A stretch of 64,000 nt of DNA, taken from Sphaerodactylus townsendi. Lineage: Eukaryota. Under the pieces are notes generated by a model. It ran no database searches, had not been told where the DNA came from, and was given only the letters and a program-made list of their open reading frames with translations. This document shows positions 58,801 to 64,000 of this stretch, in pieces. Location of the stretch: contig NC_059436.1 of NCBI RefSeq assembly GCF_021028975.2, forward strand, positions 35,898,001-35,962,000. Direction: 5' to 3'. A program made the translations under genes and the position numbers. Numbering within the stretch: position 1 is the first letter of the stretch; the number at the start of each line of letters is the position of its first letter.

Positions 58801-61800
58801 CCTTTCCCACTATCCAAGTTTGTTGGGATGAAAATCGCATTGAGCAAAGTTTCTATCCCCCCTGCAACAGACCCCTCAGAGTTTGCTTTTGTTTTACATG
58901 TACTTCCCTTATCTCTTCAATTAGTTACTGCATATGAGTAATTTAGTGGTTAAAGTGTTGGACTAGGATCTGGGAAACTCAGGTTCGAACCTCCACTCTG
59001 CCATGGAAACTTGCTGGGTGACCTTGGGTCAGTCACACACTTTCAGAATCACCCCTGGCAACTATCTGGATGGGAGAGCTCCCAAGGAGTACCAAGGGCA
59101 TGATGTGGACACAGGCAGTGGCAAACTGCCTCTGGACATCCTGCCCTGAAAACTCTGCAGCATCACCATAAGTCAGCTGTGACTTGATGACAAAAAGTAT
59201 GGGTTTTTGCATACACAAGTGTGGTGTAGTGGTTAAGAGTAGGTGCTCTAATCTGGAGAACCGGGTTTGATTCCCCACTCTGCCACTTGAGCCTTGGAGG
59301 CTTATCTGGGGAACTAGATTAGCTTGTAGCATTCCAATGCAATGCCAGATGGGTGACCTTGGGCTAGTCACAGCTCTTTGGAGCTCTCTCAGGGTGTTTC
59401 TTGTGAGGGGGGAAGGGAAAGGAGTTTGTAAGCCCCTTTGAGTCTCCTTACAGGAGAGAAAGCGGGGATATAAATCCAACTCTCTTCTTCTTCTACTGCA
59501 ACTAAAGAAATCGTTCATTAATTTCTGAACTTCAGTACAGCCATAATTTTCAAACTGTACAATGACAATCATTGAAAAAGGAAGAGAATAAGCAATCTGT
59601 CCAGTTAAAAAAGTAGTCAAGGTTGTGAACTTGCTAAGAAGGTCAACAGAACTTATTTCTGGCTACATATGCTTAGAATTGCACTGTAAAGTTTCCAATA
59701 GATATAGTTTGTTGGAACAGGAACCAATAAGGTTCCCTGTACCTAAGTTCCGTAGATGACGCATATAGGAATGAACAGGAAATTATTATTTTTAAAAAGT
59801 GGATGAATTATAAAACAAGAGGAACAAAGCTAAAAATCCTCAATAATATTCTTTTTCTGTTCCAGATGGACAGGCAGGTGCGTATGGCGGCTGAATGTCC
59901 TAGAGAAAAAGTCTGTAGAAATGAGGAGCTGAAGATTTTTTCTTGGCATGAAGGTAAATAAATAAAATCACCTGGTAAATAACATCCCATTATGCCTCCA
60001 TTACAGAGACAAGGGGTTTTTTTTATTCCCCTCAATGCAGCTGGTAATATTGGAGCTGAAGCTGCATTTTACATTAAAAAATAAACAAATCAGAAATAAA
60101 AACAGGCTAGCAGGTATCAACCTGTTATTTATTTATTGATTGATTTTAAGCAATTATATTACACAGGAGCAAAATGTCCTGGGTTGGCCCTGCAACCTAA
60201 ACTTAATTTACTGGGAAGTATAAGGGGCAACTTTGCACAGAGTTGCCAAAAAGTCTGGGGGAAAATGTCATTTCTCTTTAATGGAGGATTAATGTGTAAA
60301 AATTGGCAGCTGAAGCGTTCCCTGGCATGAAGGACTTAAGCAACAGCCCCTCCTAAATAACATCCCATTAAACCGCCCCTGAATGGACAGGACATTTTTC
60401 TTCTTCAGGCAATTGGAAACCATAACTATGTAACTCAGCATCTGTCAAATATTACAAATCCAAAGTTCCAACTTCTAGAACAGGGGTCTGCAACCTGCGG
60501 CTCTCCAGATGTTCATGGACTACAATTCCCATCAGCCCCTGCCAGCATGGCCAATTGGCTGATGGGAATTGTAGTCCATTAACATCTGGAGAGCTGCAGG
60601 TTGCAGACCTTTGTTCTAGAAGCACATAGGCATGAGGAAAAGACAGATCTCAATTTATTAACCTGAATACAGAGAGTGGAGGGACGAATGCCTCAACCGT
60701 CCTTGGACTTGTACAATATTTTCCACTATCTTTGACGTTGATGCTGGGGCTGGAATTTCCAGGATGCTTGATCCTTCCTCTATAAGAATAATTGAGTGGG
60801 AGGTCGAAAATTTTCAGTGTTGGCAGTTCATCTGAAACAGAAAAACCACTGTAAAAGTATAAATAATGGCACACGACCTGCAGGCAGGGAAAGCTTTTCG
60901 TCTTGCATGTACTCTTTGTCTTTATTTTTAAACAACAGCATCTTTTAGAGAATATTTTTTAAAACTATACCTCTCCAGTCTGCTTTCAATTCCTTTGGAC
61001 GCCAAACAAGGAAATTAAACATGCAACCAAGAGACTTAAAAAACATTTTGCTCTTATGTCACGCAAGAAAATCAGATTGTAAAACATGTCTGTATGTTTT
61101 ACACTACACCATTCCACGGAGTTATAGCAGTCTGTTACACCACAATCAAATCAGTGTCTTGTAGCACCTTAAAGATGAATATTGTGATGGTGGCAACTTT
61201 TGTGAACAAGAGCCTGTTTCATCTCATGAATCAGATGCAATGGGTGCTCAGCCTTGAAAGCTTACATTACTGAGCATCTGAGAGTTTTCAGGGTCCCACA
61301 AGACTCTTCATTGATTTTTCCCTCTAAAATATGACTACTCAAATTTATTGAAACACTACAGATAGGTTCAGGGCTTAGTAAAACCAAATGGGACCTGGAC
61401 CCCACCAGTCTCTACCCATAACCTAAAGGTTCTAAAATCTGATACATAGTCTACCATGGCTCTACTTCACCTGACAAGTTCCCTCAAGACCTGCTCTGAT
61501 CCACTAGGCCAGGGGTCCCCAAACTTTTTAAACAGGGGGCCAGTTCACTGTCCCTCAGACTGTTGGAGGGCCGGACTAAAAAAAATTCCTATGCACAAAT
61601 GATTGTGAAATGTTTGATTTCACCTTTCAGCCTTTCTGTCATGGTCTATTTTTAGAACAGTGACCAAAGTATGTCGAGTACAGGGTGGGCTCCAAATATT
61701 GTTGGGGAGGCTGTGGAATACCTCCCCCTGTAAAAAACAGCAGAACTTTCCCAATAAAGCATTCCATCTAACCCAGGATCAGGTATCTTCCTGGGTTCTT

Positions 61801-63070
61801 TCCTCCCTAGCAGCCAGCGAGCGATTCGCCAGCCTGGCTGATGCCAATGGGAGTGAGGCGGAACAGAAAGCCTGAGAGCAACACATGGAGTAGCCGAGAG
61901 GGAAGGGCGGAGCAGGCATTGCCACATGTAAGGTTTCCAACTCTGGGTCAGAAAATTCATGGAGATTTGGGGGTGCCATCATGTAACTGCAATCAACAGC
62001 CATTGGGGCCGGTTCCTCCTCTCCCTCGAGCCCCCACTGCACATGAATGGAGCCATCACCGCCATGCCTGGCGGGCCGGATAAATGCCTTCAGGGGGCCA
62101 CATTTGGCCCCCGGGCCGTAGTTTGGGGACCCCTGCACTAGGCTGTGTGCGCTCTGGGCTGGCCCAGGCAAGGGAATCAATCATTCTGAAATCAAAAGTA
62201 CAAATGTGCCAGACTACAACAGTTGTGGAAATATGGAGACCTCCTTGCTTATTAGCACCCACCCCACCCCACCCCAATACATCCACTATAGCTATTGCTG
62301 AGCAGGCTCGTAACTGAGGCAGCAGAGAAGCTCAGTGGTAGAATACCTGATCTTTGGGCAGAATACCCCAGGCATTTCCAGTGTATAGGCCTCAGCTTGC
62401 AAGTGTTAAGAAAGATTATTTTTCCTTGCCTGAGACTATAGAGACCTGCCAGTGACACTACTGAGCTACGTGGACAAAAACAGTCCAGTTTGATATAAGA
62501 AGAAGAAGAGTTGGATTTATATCCCCCCTTCTCTCCTGAAGGAGACTCAAAGGGGCTTACACATTCCTTTCCCTTCCTCCCTCACAACAAACACCCTGTG
62601 AGGTAGGTGGGGCTGAGAGAGCTCAGAAGGACTGTGAGTAGCCCAAGGTCACCCAGCTGGCATGTGTTGGGAGTGCACAGGTTAATCTGAATTCCCCAGA
62701 GAAGCCTCCTCAGCTCAGGCGGCAGAGCGGGGAATCAAACCCATTCCTCCAGATTAAAGTACACCTGCTCTTAACCACTACACCACTGCGTAGTTTTGTA
62801 TGTTGTGGAGTTCAAACTTGATCAATTTGGCCTAGCATCGATTTGCTACCAGAAGAAACATTCATCAAGCAGACAGCTGATTCTTTTTCAGCTGAACACC
62901 TGCTTACCTTCCCTTTCTGGACAATGCCTCTCAAGCGAGTTAAGGTCTTTGACAAGAATCCGCGGTTGCCCCTTTTCAATCCTCCGTATTGCCTCCCAGC
63001 ATGGCGGGTGTTGGCAAGCAGTCATATTGCAAATGGTTTCATCCCAGTGGCTGATGTCCACAGTCATCAT
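49569..63070 (-). CDS. C9orf43: C9orf43 homologue (DUF4647), 10-exon model, about 450 aa
   Basis: N-terminus [35 protein letters not shown]...DELPTL matches recalled human [35 protein letters not shown]...DKLPVL. It lies upstream of RGS3 on the same strand, as in human. Exons sum to 1353 nt in phase. Confidence 0.88.
50805..50928 (-). CDS. C9orf43: C9orf43 exon [10 protein letters not shown]...SVFMR
   Basis: attccag|ACT...AGGG|gtaagt, 124 nt, phase 0->1. Confidence 0.7.
51601..51648 (-). CDS. C9orf43: C9orf43 candidate exon [16 protein letters not shown]
   Basis: Strong acceptor ttttttctttag, weak donor CAG|gttgtt, 48 nt, phase 0->0 (skippable). Confidence 0.45.
52257..52551 (+). mobile_element. 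Squam3-like SINE
   Basis: As 3293-3585, with an internal gagctgtggaggct duplication. Confidence 0.88.
53269..53470 (-). CDS. C9orf43: C9orf43 exon [16 protein letters not shown]...CRFEPQ
   Basis: In frame only via the distal AG of cagGCAG; donor CAG|gttagt; 202 nt, phase 2->0. Confidence 0.55.
53811..53902 (-). CDS. C9orf43: C9orf43 exon [30 protein letters not shown]
   Basis: tctacag|AAA...AG|gtcagt, 92 nt, phase 0->2. Confidence 0.68.
54894..55026. mobile_element. hAT-type palindromic MITE
   Basis: TSD gtccagta/gtctagta. Confidence 0.88.
55477..55555 (-). CDS. C9orf43: C9orf43 exon [26 protein letters not shown]
   Basis: tgtttag|A...ACT|gtaagt, 79 nt, phase 2->0. Confidence 0.75.
55798..55931 (-). 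CDS. C9orf43: C9orf43 exon IQVTDL...[10 protein letters not shown]...PTKR
   Basis: gtgctag|ATA...AT|gtaagt, 134 nt, phase 0->2; NLIVKWIPD resembles human NMVVLWIPE. Confidence 0.83.
56349..56381. repeat. (GT)n(GC)n alternating purine-pyrimidine tract
   Basis: gtgtgt...gcgcgcgcgcgc. Confidence 0.9.
56784..57205. mobile_element. hAT non-autonomous element
   Basis: TIRs cagtggtggcgaacc / ggttcgccatcactg; perfect TSD ctctagtc. Confidence 0.9.
57492..57785 (-). mobile_element. Older Squam3-like SINE
   Basis: gaagaagagtttggattta start (reverse tail); reverse A/B boxes. Confidence 0.83.
58395..58494 (-). CDS. C9orf43: C9orf43 exon [12 protein letters not shown]...KQVEK
   Basis: atttcag|T...AAA|gtaagt, 100 nt, phase 2->0. 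Confidence 0.8.
59217..59493 (+). mobile_element. Squam3-like SINE
   Basis: As 3293-3585. Confidence 0.88.
60481..60613. mobile_element. hAT-type palindromic MITE
   Basis: Perfect TSD ttctagaa. Confidence 0.9.
60663..60831 (-). CDS. C9orf43: C9orf43 exon (D)[11 protein letters not shown]...PLSVF
   Basis: gtttcag|AT...AG|gttaat, 169 nt, phase 1->2. Confidence 0.88.
61510..62135. mobile_element. hAT (Charlie-like) non-autonomous element
   Basis: TIR caggggtccccaaact at both ends; perfect TSD cactaggc. Confidence 0.92.
62498..62789 (-). mobile_element. Squam3-like SINE
   Basis: Reverse complement of the 3293 family. Confidence 0.9.
62908..63070 (-). CDS. C9orf43: C9orf43 coding exon 1 (exon extends 5' to the acceptor at 63102)
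   Basis: ttttcag acceptor, ATGATG at 63070, GAAG|gtaagc, phase 1. Confidence 0.93.
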
Positions 63071-64000
63071 TTCTGCAACTGTTTCTTGGGTTAAGGAGGA
63101 GTCTGAAAATGCTGTGTACAAGGAAAAACGTGAACCAGAAATAAACGTGAACCAGAAATAAACAAGCTTCACAAAAGGAATGGATTATTGGCCAATAACT
63201 TACCTTAGAACTGTGTCAGCTGTTTGATGTCTTCTGGTCATAGTTCAGAATGTTGATGTTGGTCTCTAAAGGTCTTAACACTTTGATTCCTTAACAGATC
63301 CCTTAACACATCATCTCCTCTGTTATGCCATCAAGACGTTTTAGATCAATGAAGAATGCCCTCTTAGAGGGCTGTATAATCTGTATGCCCCATTTTAAAC
63401 TAGGAACAGAGTTTTTCTCAGTGACAGCATCTCATGTCTAGAACTTCCTCCCCGTACCAGCTTTATCTGACGCTTGTCCTTTCTAGATTCAAGCACCAGA
63501 TAAAGACCCTTTTTCCTACCCAGATTTTTGGTTGTATGGGTTTTTTTAAAGGGCTGACAGTGCCACCTGTAGCAGAATTGCACCCCTCTACGTACTTAGG
63601 AAGCGCGTGACTCTGCTTAGGACTGAACTGCTGGTTATTTTGCTTCTGATTTGATTAATACAATTGCGTTTTGCTTCATGCTAGTTTTGTGAAAGTGCAG
63701 ATTTTATAGTTGTACTTATAGCAGTGCTGGTCTCCTTGGATTTTTAGTTCCTGTACTTGTATCTTTTTAAAGGGCTGCACTGGCCTCTTGGTAGTGGTGG
63801 AAAGTGCCATCAAGTCATGGTCAACTTATGGTAACACCACAGGGTTTTCAAGGCAAGAGATGTTCAGAGGTGGCTTGCCATTGCCTGCCTCCCAGGGAAT
63901 TTAAATTTCCATTTCCCTTTTCTAATGCTGGTTTTGCTGTTATTACATTGTTTTTATTACAAGCACCCTCAGTTGCCATCGGCTATGAGGTGAAGTTTAC

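Noticed and set aside
54619-59620. Long ORFs 54619..55197 and 59033..59620
   Set aside because: Chance read-through of MITE and SINE sequence; no homology or splice support.

Overview
Vertebrate (squamate, most likely gecko, judged from the SINE/MITE complement) genomic DNA with two spliced genes on the minus strand, in the same order and orientation as human 9q32. (1) A C9orf43 (DUF4647) orthologue at 63070->49569: a 10-coding-exon model, about 450 aa, with the 3' exons inferred from splice sites and phase. (2) The 5' two-thirds of RGS3 (C2, PDZ and PH-like exons, 36823->1357); the RGS domain lies beyond the left edge. RGS3 shows three alternative first coding exons resembling the mammalian long C2, MERSLHR-type C2 and PDZ-RGS3 isoforms. 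I checked each exon by hand for AG/GT boundaries and phase continuity; homology calls are from recalled human sequences, not from a search. Introns hold tRNA/CORE SINEs, a 5S-derived SINE, CR1 and L2 3' ends, many hAT MITEs with 8-bp TSDs, a Tc1/mariner-type element and Penelope-derived fold-back elements. Most notable: minimal hammerhead-ribozyme motifs in those fold-backs (one intact on the RGS3 sense strand), a 68-bp partial exon duplicate acting as a possible decoy donor, a uORF whose stop overlaps the PDZ-RGS3 start (AUGA), and a candidate alternative last exon whose stop and polyA signal come from a transposon. I found no convincing wholly new biological system.
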